Positions 45,257-57,364 of a DNA stretch of 64,000 nucleotides are shown one piece after another (the stretch's first letter is position 1; each line of letters starts with the position of its first letter). This DNA comes from a bacterium. Its GTDB lineage: Bacteria; UBA8248. The DNA is taken from NCBI GenBank assembly GCA_965203325.1, contig OZ241875.1:3136001-3200000 (forward strand), in the 5' to 3' direction. The position numbers and the translations under genes were made by a program. The notes beneath the pieces are model-generated. The model made no database searches. It was not told the origin of the DNA and worked only from the letters and a program-made list of their open reading frames with translations.

Positions 45257-46842
45257 CCGCTCGCGCCACCTCGGCTGGATATCTCGGCCCATTTGTTGTG
45301 GAGCGCGACGGCGACCTCATCGAAGCCGGACGGAAAAAGCCCCGAATCATCGTCAAGCGGGATTTCCTTGACGACAGACCCCCTGGGGCGGTTCTTGGGC
45401 TGGAACAGCCATGCCCCCACCTCCTCGGGTTGTAGGGCGACGTTCCCGCCTTCAATCCCTTTTCTCCCGGCTTTGGAAAGACCGGATAGCCGCACGATGT
45501 TGGCGAGTTCCTCGAGCACCCACTCGCTGTGCGTCGTGATGATTACCCGAACGCCCGCACGAACGAGCGCCGCAAGTTGTCGGGTGAACTCGACCTGCAT
45601 GACTGGATGCAGATGTGATTCCGGTTCCTCTACGATTAGTACGTTGCCGGGTCTGACAACATGCCGCAGATACAGCACCACTGGCGCGAGTTCAGAAACC
45701 ATGGAGGAGGCGTTCATCAAAGGTAGATCATTCTTCCAACCTTCTGGCCTGTATGTAAAGCTTGGATAGTTAGTTGCTGATTTCTGGATATCAACTGTTC
45801 CATCTAGAATGGCCTTTTCAATTTGATCACCAAGGCTACTCCGCTGATGCCGTCCGAGTATAGAGCGCTTAAATAATCCCTCTAAGGGTTGTTGCTTGTC
45901 GAGAGTAATCAATTGTTTGAGGAAATCCGCTAGAACGCCGGAAAGCATGGGAGTGGGAGCGGCCTGATGCAGACCTCCACTGGCAGCGCGCTCGATCAAT
46001 CCGCTTACGGCTACGCTATGAGCGTGCATGATGCCGGTTCGGTCGGCAGGGAGATAGAACGCGGGGAGATAGAGAGGAGTTACGAAGCAAGTCAAGGCAT
46101 TAGCAGCTAATGTGCTTAACAGACGCCCAATAGTCATATTTTTCGACAGCACGTCATCTGCTGGGATCAGTTCCTTGGCTCTCTGGATCAAATCTTTCAA
46201 TCCACTGTCTATTTTGGAGGAATCAATCTGTATGGGCGTTTTTTCGGAAATCGTAGTGTCGAACACGTTCGCCTGAGTGCTGATTGTCAAACTGCGAACA
46301 AAAGATTCTGAATCCTTCTGGGTACCTCTTCTTAGGATGACCCGAGCGCCTCTTCTACTTTTATTGCGGATCAACATCTTTGCTTCATCGACTCCGAAGC
46401 ATCTGAGGACATTATCGATTAGAGCATCGCCCCCTTTAGCTAGATCACTGATACAAGGACGAATCAAATCTGCGATAGGTTCAGGCAAAAGAATGCTTCC
46501 CTTGTTTGGCAACTTACTTCCGTTTGGGAATGTACGCTCTGTCCATTCGCTAAGAGCGTCTATAGCTTCTTTAGACACTTCCTTGCTCTGAATCATACTG
46601 AAATCGCTAACAAGAGAATGACGGTAGCGGAAACTGCTAAGAAGAGGAGAGCGGTAACCAAATAGTATGTCGTCACTAAAATACTTGTGCAAAGCATAAA
46701 TCAGAATCGCCAGATAGGATTTGCCGGTATTGCTCGGCCCCACGAATACGGTAAAGGGTCGCAGATCAATCTTGGCTTCGGCTATCGGCCCGAAATTCTT
46801 CACTTCGAGTTCGAGAGGACTCTGGGTGTTGAGGTCGGTCAT
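45253..46842 (-). CDS. AAA_21/ABC-type ATPase (defence-associated family)
   Basis: VKNFGPI, GPSNTGKS, LPADRTG, IVEEPESHLHP, ITTHS; lower-GC middle. Confidence 0.85.
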   Translation of the reverse strand: MTDLNTQSPLELEVKNFGPIAEAKIDLRPFTVFVGPSNTGKSYLAILIYALHKYFSDDILFGYRSPLLSSFRYRHSLVSDFSMIQSKEVSKEAIDALSEWTERTFPNGSKLPNKGSILLPEPIADLIRPCISDLAKGGDALIDNVLRCFGVDEAKMLIRNKSRRGARVILRRGTQKDSESFVRSLTISTQANVFDTTISEKTPIQIDSSKIDSGLKDLIQRAKELIPADDVLSKNMTIGRLLSTLAANALTCFVTPLYLPAFYLPADRTGIMHAHSVAVSGLIERAASGGLHQAAPTPMLSGVLADFLKQLITLDKQQPLEGLFKRSILGRHQRSSLGDQIEKAILDGTVDIQKSATNYPSFTYRPEGWKNDLPLMNASSMVSELAPVVLYLRHVVRPGNVLIVEEPESHLHPVMQVEFTRQLAALVRAGVRVIITTHSEWVLEELANIVRLSGLSKAGRKGIEGGNVALQPEEVGAWLFQPKNRPRGSVVKEIPLDDDSGLFPSGFDEVAVALHNKWAEISSRGGASG

Positions 46843-46939
46843 ATCCTCACTTCTCCGACTCGGTGGTAAAACACAACTTCTAAAGTGGCGTTCACAGCCT
46901 ACGATACCCGTATCATGGATTCAAGACGAAGCGATTCGC

Positions 46940-47599
46940 CTACGGCCCGAGTCTCTCGATACGCCACTCGCCGCTCTCTTCCAGCGTGTAGCGCACGCGG
47001 TCGTGGAGGCGGCTGTCGCGGTGCTGCCAGAATTCGATGCAATGCGGCTTCAGGACGTAGCCGCCCCAGTGGGGGGGACGCGGAACCTCTTGCCCCAAGT
47101 ATTCTTTTTCCAAAGCGCGCTCTTCTTCTTCGAGATAGGCGCGGGAGGGGACGGCCCGGCTCTGGGGCGACGCCCACGCGCCGATTTGGCTGGCCCGCGG
47201 TCGGGTGGCGAAATAGGCGTCGGAAATCCCGGCGGGGAGTTTTTCCACGACGCCCTCTGCGCGCACCTGCCGGGCGGGGGGCTTCCAGTGGAAGACGAGG
47301 GCGGCTCTCGCGTCGCGCGCAAGCTGCTCGGCCTTATCGCTTTCGTAGTTCGTGAAGAAGGGAAAGTCCGGCTCCGCGTAGCTCAGGTCTGCGAGGTCCT
47401 TATACAGCACGATTCGGGCTGCGGGCGCGCCGTCCGGCCCCACCGTGGCGAGGGTCATCGCGTCCTCGCGCGGGATGCCTGCGCTTTTCGCCTGCGCGTA
47501 CCAGCGGCGGAACTGCTCGATGGGATCGGAATCGACACTCGCGACGTCGAGGGCTTCCGCCGCCATCTGCTGAATTAAATTCTCATCCATTTCATTCAT
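46940..47599 (-). CDS. pdxH: Pyridoxine/pyridoxamine 5'-phosphate oxidase
   Basis: AMTLAT, RIVLYK, FFTNYESDK, WASPQS, EFWQ...RLHDR, WRIERL.P. Confidence 0.92.
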   Translation of the reverse strand: MNEMDENLIQQMAAEALDVASVDSDPIEQFRRWYAQAKSAGIPREDAMTLATVGPDGAPAARIVLYKDLADLSYAEPDFPFFTNYESDKAEQLARDARAALVFHWKPPARQVRAEGVVEKLPAGISDAYFATRPRASQIGAWASPQSRAVPSRAYLEEEERALEKEYLGQEVPRPPHWGGYVLKPHCIEFWQHRDSRLHDRVRYTLEESGEWRIERLGP

Positions 47600-47628
47600 C
47601 GCTCATTGCCCAGTCAGGTGGCGGATTC

Positions 47629-47814
47629 GGGGGTGTGGAAGAAGTCTTTGTGAAGGAAGTAACCCCCCAACCCCCCTTGTCGGGGGGCTTTTCTTCCACC
47701 TCCTCATCGGGGCATTGCCTTTACCCCCCTGTCAAGGGGGGGTAGGGGGGGTTGCTTTTCCAGTCGAGAGGGGCGCTCCCTCTACTCCTTGAAAAGAGCA
47801 CTTTTTCAACAGCC
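47629..47814. repeat. MITE-like palindromic repeat
   Basis: CCCCCCAACCCCCCTTGTCGGGGGG / CCCCCCTGTCAAGGGGGGGTAGGGGGG arms, ends CTTTTTCAACAGCC. Confidence 0.8.
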
Positions 47815-47830
47815 TCATTCAGAGCCGCTA

Positions 47831-48298
47831 CTATTTCCCAGCCACGCCGACCTGCACGATGCGGGCCTTGTCCACGCCCGCGACGCCCACGTACTTGAAG
47901 GATTTGCCGTCCAGTACGCGCGCCTGAAATCCCTGGACGACCACCTTCTTCGCGCCGCTCAGGAGCGCGGCGAACGGAGCGGCCTGCGTCTTGGCGTTCA
48001 CGTCGGTCGGGAACTTGAAGCTCATTCCCGGAATGTTGGTGAACTCGACCCGGCCCTTCTCGTCGCTGACCCAGAATTCCGATATGGCGGAATTGTTCGC
48101 CACCTTCGTGAGGACGGCGTTGATTTCGGCTTTACTCATGCCCGCCTTGAGGGCCGCGGCGATGAAGTGCGCCGTCAGGGTCGCTTCGGCGACCATGTGC
48201 TTCGAGACGGCGTCGTCCATCGCGCGGGCGCTCTTCACCCCGACGCCCAGGCCGAAACAAAGGCTTAAGGCCAATGTTGCTATCGCGACTTTTCTCAT
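47831..48298 (-). CDS. Exported hypothetical protein (Cache-like)
   Basis: Signal peptide; EFWVSDEKG, FKYVGV..RIVQVG resemble chemoreceptor sensor domains. Confidence 0.6.
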   Translation of the reverse strand: MRKVAIATLALSLCFGLGVGVKSARAMDDAVSKHMVAEATLTAHFIAAALKAGMSKAEINAVLTKVANNSAISEFWVSDEKGRVEFTNIPGMSFKFPTDVNAKTQAAPFAALLSGAKKVVVQGFQARVLDGKSFKYVGVAGVDKARIVQVGVAGK

Positions 48299-48397
48299 CT
48301 CGCTCTCCTCGTGTTTTCGCCAAACGGGGGACGTTTTCCATGAAATTCCGCGCGATGATACTAGGGCGCGAAACCACCGCGCAAGGGGGCGGTTCTC

Positions 48398-48722
48398 GGG
48401 GTGGTTGAAAAAGACCCCTTTTCAGGGGGTAGAGGGAACGCTCCTCTCGCCCTGAAAACCAACCCCCCCCTTGTGGGCCTGTTGAAAAACCCCGAGGAGA
48501 GAGGAACCACTCCCCCCTTGAGGGGGAGTCGGTGAGGTGAGGGGGATTTTGCCCGAAACCGAACCGGTGGGGGGAGTTTTTTCTGTGGCATATCCCCCCA
48601 CCGAATCGGCCTTCGCCAAGGCTCGGCCTCTTCGACTCCCCCTCAAGGGGGGAGTAGATTTGAAATTCTCGTCCGTGGAGAGCGAGCTTCGTTGGGGTCG
48701 CATACCAGCTTTTTCAACAGCC
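48398..48722. repeat. Composite MITE; inner element 48476-48722 with TIRs, near-identical to 3459-3696
   Basis: GGCCTGTTGAAAAA ... TTTTTCAACAGCC and shared internal palindrome. Confidence 0.88.
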
Positions 48723-48754
48723 TGGCCACGGGACGGTTCCCCGCCGCTTCGCGC

Positions 48755-49462
48755 TCAGGCGTCTTTTTTCACCGCCTGTACGTCGTTCTGCGCGGGGTCG
48801 CTGGGGTGTACCCTGTCGGGCATGATGTAGGGGGCCTGCATCTCGAAGATGTCCTGGGTGCGGCAGTACCGGGGGCCGCCCAGCCTGCCCACGGGCTGGA
48901 GCTTCGCCGGGTCGATGTATATCTTCTCCCCATCGAAGAGCAGCATATCCTCGCGCACGTGCCAGCGCAGCACCTCCCCGATGATCAAGTGCGTCACCCA
49001 TTCGTCTCCGAAGGGAATCATGCGCTCGAAGCGGCACTCCATCGCCACCGGGGCGTCCTTGATGCGGGGCGCATCCACGAGGTCCGAAGGGGCCATCTCC
49101 AGACCCGCCGCCTCGAACTCGCTTTCATCGGGGGCGAAGTTTCCCGAGGAGGCGTTCATGGCCTCCTCCCAGCCGTTCACCACCGTGTGGATGACGTAGC
49201 CCTTGGTGTCCAGAATGTTGCGCGCGGTGTCCTTGGGCCTCATCTCGCGCTCGCTGATGGATATCCGCTCGCCGACGGAGATCGACGCCATCGGCGGGTG
49301 GTGCGACACCATGGTGAAGAAGCTGAAGGGCGCCAGGTTCGCCACGCCGTCCGCGCTCATCGTGCTCACCCAGGCGATGGGCCGGGGGACGACCGATCCG
49401 ATGAGCAGGCGGTAGATCTGCTGGGGATTGATCTCTGAGGTGCTGAAGACGCGGTAGTTCAT
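48755..49462 (-). CDS. Flavin reductase-like protein (DIM6/NTAB)
   Basis: VVPRPIAWVST, NLAPFSFF, KDTARNI, GRLGG..Y. Confidence 0.88.
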   Translation of the reverse strand: MNYRVFSTSEINPQQIYRLLIGSVVPRPIAWVSTMSADGVANLAPFSFFTMVSHHPPMASISVGERISISEREMRPKDTARNILDTKGYVIHTVVNGWEEAMNASSGNFAPDESEFEAAGLEMAPSDLVDAPRIKDAPVAMECRFERMIPFGDEWVTHLIIGEVLRWHVREDMLLFDGEKIYIDPAKLQPVGRLGGPRYCRTQDIFEMQAPYIMPDRVHPSDPAQNDVQAVKKDA

Positions 49463-49499
49463 CGTATGTCCCTCATGTCGTAAGGGGAAAGGGCGCGGC

Positions 49500-50606
49500 T
49501 CAGTTCCAGGCGGCCGTCTGCGGTTCGAGCCGCGCCGGGTTCGTGTCCACGAGGAGCGGCATCACCTCGCGTCCGAAAATCTCGGCTTCTTCCAGATGCG
49601 GCCAGCCGGAGAGGATGAAGTTGCGAACGCCCAGGTCGACGTATTCCCTGAGCGCAGAAGCCAGCATATCCGGCGTGCCGACCAGCATGGCCGCAGCACC
49701 CGAGCGCACCTTGTTCACGCCCATCCAGAGGGTTTCGGTGAGCCAGGGGGAGCCGCCCTCATACAACTCGTTCATGCGGCGCTGGCCCTCGCTCTCGGAG
49801 CGATTCCGCTGGTCGGCCCACATCCGCGTGTTCTCGAGCGCGCTGTCTTCTAACAGCGCCTCCGCCGCGCGTCGGGCTTCCTTCTTGCTCTCGCGGCACA
49901 TCACGTGGAGCCTCAAGCCGAAGCGCAGATCGTCGCGCCCGATTTCCGCCGCCCGGCGGCGCATGTCGGCGGCGTCCTCGGCGACCTGCTCGGGTGCCAC
50001 CGCCCACATCATGTGCACATCGGCGTGCTTGGCACCCACGCGGCGTCCGGCGTCCGAGCTTCCGCCCAGGAATATCGTGGGATGGGGCTTCGATACGGCC
50101 CTGGCGTAGAGGGTGGCGTTTTCGATCTGGTAGTACTCGCCCGAGTAGCTCACCGGCTCCTCACTCGTCCAGAGCGCTTTCACGACGTCGAGAAACTCCT
50201 CCGTCCGTGCGTAGCGCTCCGCGTGGTCCAGGTGGTCGCCGTATCGTTTCTGATCCACCGGCGTCGAGCCCGTCACCACGTTCACGGTGAGCCGCCCGCC
50301 CGTAACGGCGTCGTAGGTGTTCGCCTGCTGGGCGGTGAGCACGGGACTGGCGAGTCCGGGGCGGAAGGCCACGCAGAACTTGATGCGCTCTGTGCGCTGG
50401 GCGACGGCGAGGGTGATCATCCAGGCGTCCAGGCAGTGCGTGCCCGTCGGCACGAGCAGGTTCACGAAGCCTGCGTTTTCCGCCGCGCGCGCGACTTGCG
50501 CGATGTATTCCACCGTCGGGGGACGCTCGGGCGTCTTGGCGTTGATGGTGTGCCCGTCGCCGTATCTACCCGTCGGCAGAAACCATGCGTATTCGGTGGA
50601 GGTCAC
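49500..50606 (-). CDS. Luciferase-like (LLM) FMN-dependent monooxygenase, SsuD-like
   Basis: WFLPT..DG, AAENAGF..LVPTG, VAFRPG, GRLTVNVVTG, FILSGWPHLEEA. Confidence 0.88.
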   Translation of the reverse strand: MTSTEYAWFLPTGRYGDGHTINAKTPERPPTVEYIAQVARAAENAGFVNLLVPTGTHCLDAWMITLAVAQRTERIKFCVAFRPGLASPVLTAQQANTYDAVTGGRLTVNVVTGSTPVDQKRYGDHLDHAERYARTEEFLDVVKALWTSEEPVSYSGEYYQIENATLYARAVSKPHPTIFLGGSSDAGRRVGAKHADVHMMWAVAPEQVAEDAADMRRRAAEIGRDDLRFGLRLHVMCRESKKEARRAAEALLEDSALENTRMWADQRNRSESEGQRRMNELYEGGSPWLTETLWMGVNKVRSGAAAMLVGTPDMLASALREYVDLGVRNFILSGWPHLEEAEIFGREVMPLLVDTNPARLEPQTAAWN

Positions 50607-50638
50607 GTTCGCTCATCCTTCGCGATGCGGATAGAAAA

Positions 50639-50663
50639 GGGCGGCCCGCCGCATGGGCCGCCC
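50639..50663 (-). terminator. GC hairpin with T-tract downstream of the selenoprotein gene
   Basis: GGGCGGCCC...GGGCCGCCC followed by TTTT on minus strand. Confidence 0.5.
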
Positions 50664-50716
50664 GTATATCATCGTATCACCCTGCAAGCCCCCCGCTTGG
50701 GAGGCGTATCCTTCAA

Positions 50717-51367
50717 CTAGGCGGTCGCCTTAGCCCCGGCCTTCTGCTCGGCCAGCAACTCGTCGAGCAACTCCTCGACGCGCGCCGCTTCCATCCAGTC
50801 GGATTTGTATGCGATCTTGCCTTCCTTATCCACGATGAACGTCATGTTCGGCATGCGGCCGAAGGCATGCACGACGCTCTCGTCCAGGTCGTCGATGAGC
50901 ACGGACACCTTCATCCCGAATTCCTCCACCATCTCCTGTGCGTATTGTTTCTTGTGCTCATACGTGGTGTGCTGCGCGTACTTCTTGAAGTGGCTTGTCT
51001 CGCCCGCGTGGGGCTCCTTGGAGTAGACGACGAAGAAGACCACGTCCTCATCCTTGTACTTCTCCTGCAAATCCTCGACGCCGGCCACCTGCCGGCGGTA
51101 GGGCGGTCACGTGATGGCCCCAAACTCGACCACGATGTTCTTCTTGCCGAAGAAATCGGAGAGGTCGAACGCGACGTCTTCGGTGGTCTTGAGGCGGACG
51201 TCCGGCATCGGCTCGCCCGGCTTGAGCGTGTCGCGGAACGCCTCCTTGCGCTGCTTGCGGTAGCCCATGAGCATCCGCTTCGCGAACTGAAACTTGTCGA
51301 TGTAGAACGCGCTCCATAGCCCGAACAGCGGCCCCGGCGGCCTGTCGAATTCGTCCGATACTCGCAT
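50717..51367 (-). CDS. Deiodinase-like/peroxiredoxin-fold selenoprotein (in-frame TGA = Sec87)
   Basis: Two track ORFs are in frame across TGA 51109-51107: VVEFGAIT-U-PPYR...VYSKEPH...FGRMPN; hairpin CGCCGGC-AGGTG-GCCGGCG follows; GGAG RBS before ATG 51367. Confidence 0.85.
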
Positions 51368-51801
51368 AATCGCTCCAGATATGAGGGTGTAAAGACGCCG
51401 CCCCATTAAAGACGAACGGGGCGTGATGCGCAAGGGGTAAGGGAGTAGTTCCTGGTTGCGACCTGCGAGAATCCAGTCATATCTCTTTATGTGTGGATTT
51501 TTGTCTGGTTGACCATATCCATCAATCTGGATAATCTGTTATCAGGCGCCTGAGGCATTTCGCAATACCCGTATGGCTTCGGCCACGCGAGGGGGTGGCG
51601 ACCCTCCAGGCGCCGGCTCTTAGCGATAATACCCTCCATTCCATCCCCCATAGACAAACGAAAGCCCTGTTTCACCTTCACCTGAGAACAAAACCGGATT
51701 GTAAAGCCTGCACTTGGTCCATCTTCTGGAAAACTCGTTCAATTTCGTGTATATTTCGTTACACGTAGGCGGCGTATCTGCTCCCCCCGAAGGAAATCCG
51801 C

Positions 51802-52338
51802 ATGACAATCCGCTTCGAGATGAACGAAGACAAGGCCATCGAGGTTTTGACCTGGCTGGCGAACGAACAGCCGGGGATCGCTGCGTTTCACGTCTCGAAG
51901 GTTCTCTATTATGCGGACAAGGAACACTTGAATCGCTACGGCAGGCCTGTAGTCGGGGACACGTATATCCGAATGGAATTCGGCCCCGTGCCTTCGAAAA
52001 CATACGATCTGATCAAGAAAGAGAATTTAGGGCAAAGCGTCCTCAAGAGATTCCGGGAAGCCGTCGATGTACGCGAGGGATTTCGGCACTTGCATCCGCT
52101 CAGAGAGCCGAACATGGAGATGCTCTCGAGGACGGATGTCGAATGCCTCGCGAATGCGCTCAAGAAATACGGAACCCGCGATTTCGGGGTTCTGAGCAGG
52201 ATTTCACATCGTGAGGCTGCATGGGCGAACGCGCCGGAAAACGGTCCGATGGACTATGAGCACATGATTGAACAAGGCCCGAACCAGGAAGAGATCATAC
52301 AAAATCTCAAAGAGCATTCGCACCAAATCGCATTTTAG
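51802..52338 (+). CDS. Panacea (DUF4065/SocA) antitoxin
   Basis: KVLYYAD..HL..YGRP..GD.Y..M.FGPVP, LSRISH..AW. Confidence 0.85.
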   Translation: MTIRFEMNEDKAIEVLTWLANEQPGIAAFHVSKVLYYADKEHLNRYGRPVVGDTYIRMEFGPVPSKTYDLIKKENLGQSVLKRFREAVDVREGFRHLHPLREPNMEMLSRTDVECLANALKKYGTRDFGVLSRISHREAAWANAPENGPMDYEHMIEQGPNQEEIIQNLKEHSHQIAF

Positions 52339-52341
52339 GGG

Positions 52342-52695
52342 ATGCGCTCCGGCGACGTTTTTCATTACCACAGCCGCATTACCAGACCGCCGAAAGACAA
52401 GTTCATCATCTGTGTTTGTCCCGAAGAACTCTTGTTCTTTTTCATAAACTCCAACCCGCCCGTACCGGATGGGGCGGGGGTCGAAATCACGCCGTCCGAT
52501 CTTCCCTGTCTGAGGCACGTATCTTATGTCGATACGTCGATGATGATTAGGGTTTATCCCGACGAACTGGATGAGACATCGGCAAGAGGCGAGATATCAT
52601 TGTCCATGCGTCAAAAGGTTGCGGCGTGCGCCCGAAGCCACGGAATTCTCCCAGGGAGATTCTTGGGGATGCTGGAGAGGAATTTCCTTGCATAG
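52342..52695 (+). CDS. Hypothetical protein, candidate cognate toxin
   Basis: Starts 3 nt after Panacea stop; PPKDKFIICV..FFFINS..LRHVSYVD. Confidence 0.6.
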   Translation: MRSGDVFHYHSRITRPPKDKFIICVCPEELLFFFINSNPPVPDGAGVEITPSDLPCLRHVSYVDTSMMIRVYPDELDETSARGEISLSMRQKVAACARSHGILPGRFLGMLERNFLA

Positions 52696-52860
52696 TTTTC
52701 TATCCAACCCCCGTGGGTAAGGTTGGGTGTAATTCGCCCGTGCCCCCCAAATTCACGCCGCCCTGTGAATCTGATATGCTCGGGCCTTGGCGCTTGCTAG
52801 CCTTGCGCAGCGCCCGCCGAATAAACAAGCCTGCCGCTATGCTCCCCCAAGGAGGGGACG

Positions 52861-54687
<1,827 letters not shown>

Positions 54688-54693
54688 AGCCCC

Positions 54694-55866
54694 CTAATCC
54701 TCATCACTTAGCGTGAACGCGCCGTCGCTGGCCGGGATGTAGGTCTCGGGCAGGCCGAGTTCTTTCTTCACGATGTTCGTCCCGCGCGCCAGGGCCACCA
54801 TCTTGTAGAACGCATGTCGGCGGCTCATGCCCTCGCGCCCGAAGCCGCAGTCGGTCGAGATGCAGAGCCGCTCGGCGGGAACCGTCTCGAGCGCCTTCCA
54901 GATGAGGGCGGCCACTTCTTCTGGGCGCTCCACCTGCAGCCCCCGGTGGTTGATGACGCCGATGGCCACCTTGGGCTTCGTGATGCGCTTTCCGATTTCG
55001 CCCAGGTCCATCCCGCCCGTGCTCGCGCACTCGAAGGTGAGCACGTCGACGTCCAGTTCGTTCATGTATTCGAGGGCGGGCGCGTAGCTTTTAGACGACT
55101 CGTAGAACCGCTGCTGGGCCGGGTTGCCCCAGCAGGTGTGGCACCAGAGCTCGAGCTTGTCCCTGAGACCCGCCACGCTCCTGTTGAACGCATCCACGTA
55201 GAACTCCATCGACATCTCCGAATCCTCGGCGTGGAAATCGAAGCGGTGCACCCAGGGCTCTTCCACCTGGAAAATCTGGCAGCCCGCGTCCGCCAGGCGG
55301 TGGAATTCCGCGTGCATGATTTCGCACAGGTCGAGACACAGCTCGCGCCTGTCGTCATAGAACTCGTTCGAGACGATGGATTCCACGCAATCCGCACTGA
55401 TGGAGCCGAACTTGAGGGGCTTGTCCGTCATCGCCTGCGCGCAGCGCCACATCTGGGCGTATTCGAGGGGGCCTTCGCCGACTTTCGAGGTGACCTTGGG
55501 GAGCATCCGGGCTTCTAACACCTCGAACATGATCTCGCCCGGCACGGACCCGCCCCAGGTGGCGTGGCTCCTCGATGTCTCATGGCCCGTGAAGCCGGCG
55601 AGCCTGTCGACGATGTAGCCCACCCAGTCGCGCCCGCCCACGTTGGTGTCGAAGCGCGCGTCGCCGTCGGTCACGACGTCCAGCCCCGCGCGCTCCTGGT
55701 CCCTTATGACGCAGGAGACGTTGTCGAGATATTGCTCGCGGAAATCCGCGTCGATCATCGCTTCGCGGAAAGTCCTTCGCCCGATGTTCTGGCGGAACCA
55801 GGTCGGCCGGGGCAGGGAGCCCGTGATGGTGGTGGGAAGTATGAGGTCACTCGTGGCGATGTACAT
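54694..55866 (-). CDS. Cobalamin-independent methionine synthase II family protein
   Basis: TGSLPRP, DVVTDG, HTCWGN, TFE, TDCGF. Confidence 0.85.
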   Translation of the reverse strand: MYIATSDLILPTTITGSLPRPTWFRQNIGRRTFREAMIDADFREQYLDNVSCVIRDQERAGLDVVTDGDARFDTNVGGRDWVGYIVDRLAGFTGHETSRSHATWGGSVPGEIMFEVLEARMLPKVTSKVGEGPLEYAQMWRCAQAMTDKPLKFGSISADCVESIVSNEFYDDRRELCLDLCEIMHAEFHRLADAGCQIFQVEEPWVHRFDFHAEDSEMSMEFYVDAFNRSVAGLRDKLELWCHTCWGNPAQQRFYESSKSYAPALEYMNELDVDVLTFECASTGGMDLGEIGKRITKPKVAIGVINHRGLQVERPEEVAALIWKALETVPAERLCISTDCGFGREGMSRRHAFYKMVALARGTNIVKKELGLPETYIPASDGAFTLSDED

Positions 55867-55948
55867 GTCGATTCCTCCGCTCGAAATGGTTTCGGCGAAT
55901 CATCTTGTTCCGTTACAGCCGTCTTCTCGCTTTCGATACCTCCCTAAC

Positions 55949-56132
55949 GGGGCTGTTGAAAAAAACCTCGCCAAGGGAGAACCCCCCCTACCCCCCCTTG
56001 ACAGGGGGGTATAAAAAGGCGATGCGCCCCCGCCGGGCCGAGAGGGTTTTGCTTTTTCTTGCCCCCCTGTCAAGGGGGGGTAGGGGGGGTTGTCTTTATC
56101 CCCTGACAAAACGGGCTTTTTCAACAACCCCC
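55949..56132. repeat. MITE-like element with TIRs; inverted copy of 20789-20943
   Basis: GGGGCTGTTGAAAAA ... TTTTTCAACAACCCC. Confidence 0.88.
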
Positions 56133-56145
56133 TTGCGCCGCGCTC

Positions 56146-57141
56146 CTAGAGCTTCATGAGCCTCGCGGGCGTCTCGCGCAGGATTTTCTCCTGCGCTTCT
56201 TCGGTAAGGCCCGCTCCCTCGACGAAATCCACGACGCGCTGCTGCATCATGTCGTAGGGGTAGTCCGTGCCGCACACGACGCGGTCGGCCCCCACCTCGT
56301 CGACCATCCACTTGAGCGCCGAGGGGTTGAAGGTGATGACGTCGAAATAGAGGTTCTTGAAATAGTGCCGGGGCGGATGCGGCGTGTGCACCTTGGTTTC
56401 CGGCCGCACTTCCCAGCAGTGCTGGATGCGCCCGACCGCCCAGGGGAGGTTTCCGCCCGCATGGGCGAGAAGCAGCTGGAGGTTCGGGTAGCGCTCGAAA
56501 TGGCCCGAGAGAATGAGCCTCGTGGCGGCGATGGTGGTGGAGAGCGGGTTTCCGATGCAGTTCGCCATGTAGTAGGGGAACAGCGCTTTTAAGTCGGCGA
56601 AATCGGGATGGATGAACACGAGCGCGCCGAGCCGTTCCGCCGCCGCCCAGAATGCCTCGTACTGGGGCTCATCCAGCGCATGGGTACCGATGCGATCCGA
56701 GATGATGCAGCCGAGAAGGCCCTTGCCCATCGCGCGCTCGAGTTCGGCGGCCGCGGCCTCGCCCCCGTTTTGCATGGGCAGGTTGCAAAGGCCGCGGAAT
56801 TGCGCGGCGTTTTCGTTGCAGAAATCGACCACGCCGTCGTTTTGCACCTGGATGATCTCCTCGCCCGCCTTGCCGCCGATCCAGTAATAAAAAGTGGGCG
56901 GGGGCGGGGAAGCCAGCGCCATGTCGAGCCTGTCCGCCTTCATATCGCTCAGCTTGCGCTCCGCGTCGGCGAGTTGCACCGCCCAGTTCTCCTCCGTCAT
57001 CTTCGCGTTGTAGCGCGAGGAGACGGGCGGGAAGAACCCCTCGAAGCTGTCGGCGTGCTGGGGGCGTCTTTCGCGCTCTTTGGTGGCGAGCGCTTCCGCC
57101 GCCGGGATGTAGATGTGGTGATGCAGATCGATGTTGGGCAA
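56146..57141 (-). CDS. Amidohydrolase-2 family (ACMSD-like decarboxylase/hydratase)
   Basis: IDLHHH, FIHP, AHAGG, GTDYPY; TTG start after GGAGG. Confidence 0.85.
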   Translation of the reverse strand: MPNIDLHHHIYIPAAEALATKERERRPQHADSFEGFFPPVSSRYNAKMTEENWAVQLADAERKLSDMKADRLDMALASPPPPTFYYWIGGKAGEEIIQVQNDGVVDFCNENAAQFRGLCNLPMQNGGEAAAAELERAMGKGLLGCIISDRIGTHALDEPQYEAFWAAAERLGALVFIHPDFADLKALFPYYMANCIGNPLSTTIAATRLILSGHFERYPNLQLLLAHAGGNLPWAVGRIQHCWEVRPETKVHTPHPPRHYFKNLYFDVITFNPSALKWMVDEVGADRVVCGTDYPYDMMQQRVVDFVEGAGLTEEAQEKILRETPARLMKL

Positions 57142-57364
57142 GGGGACTTCCCTCCGTTTGGGTTCTATCGGGGCGCCTTCACGCCCGCCTGGCTGTAGAA
57201 ATGGTGATCGCCTTTTCGGAGAGAGTAGATTCTGGCGCATTCCGCGTCAATCGAGATTCGCGCCCGCCGATTGACGCCCTCGATACGGAGTGAGAAACTT
57301 CTGCTCCGCGCTCGACGGCGGGATGTTTCGCGCCTCCCGGCCTTGTGTGGAGGGGACGATTCCG

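Noticed and set aside
51107..51109. Nonsense mutation making a pseudogene
   Set aside because: TGA falls exactly at the catalytic Cys/Sec column and is followed by a SECIS-like hairpin
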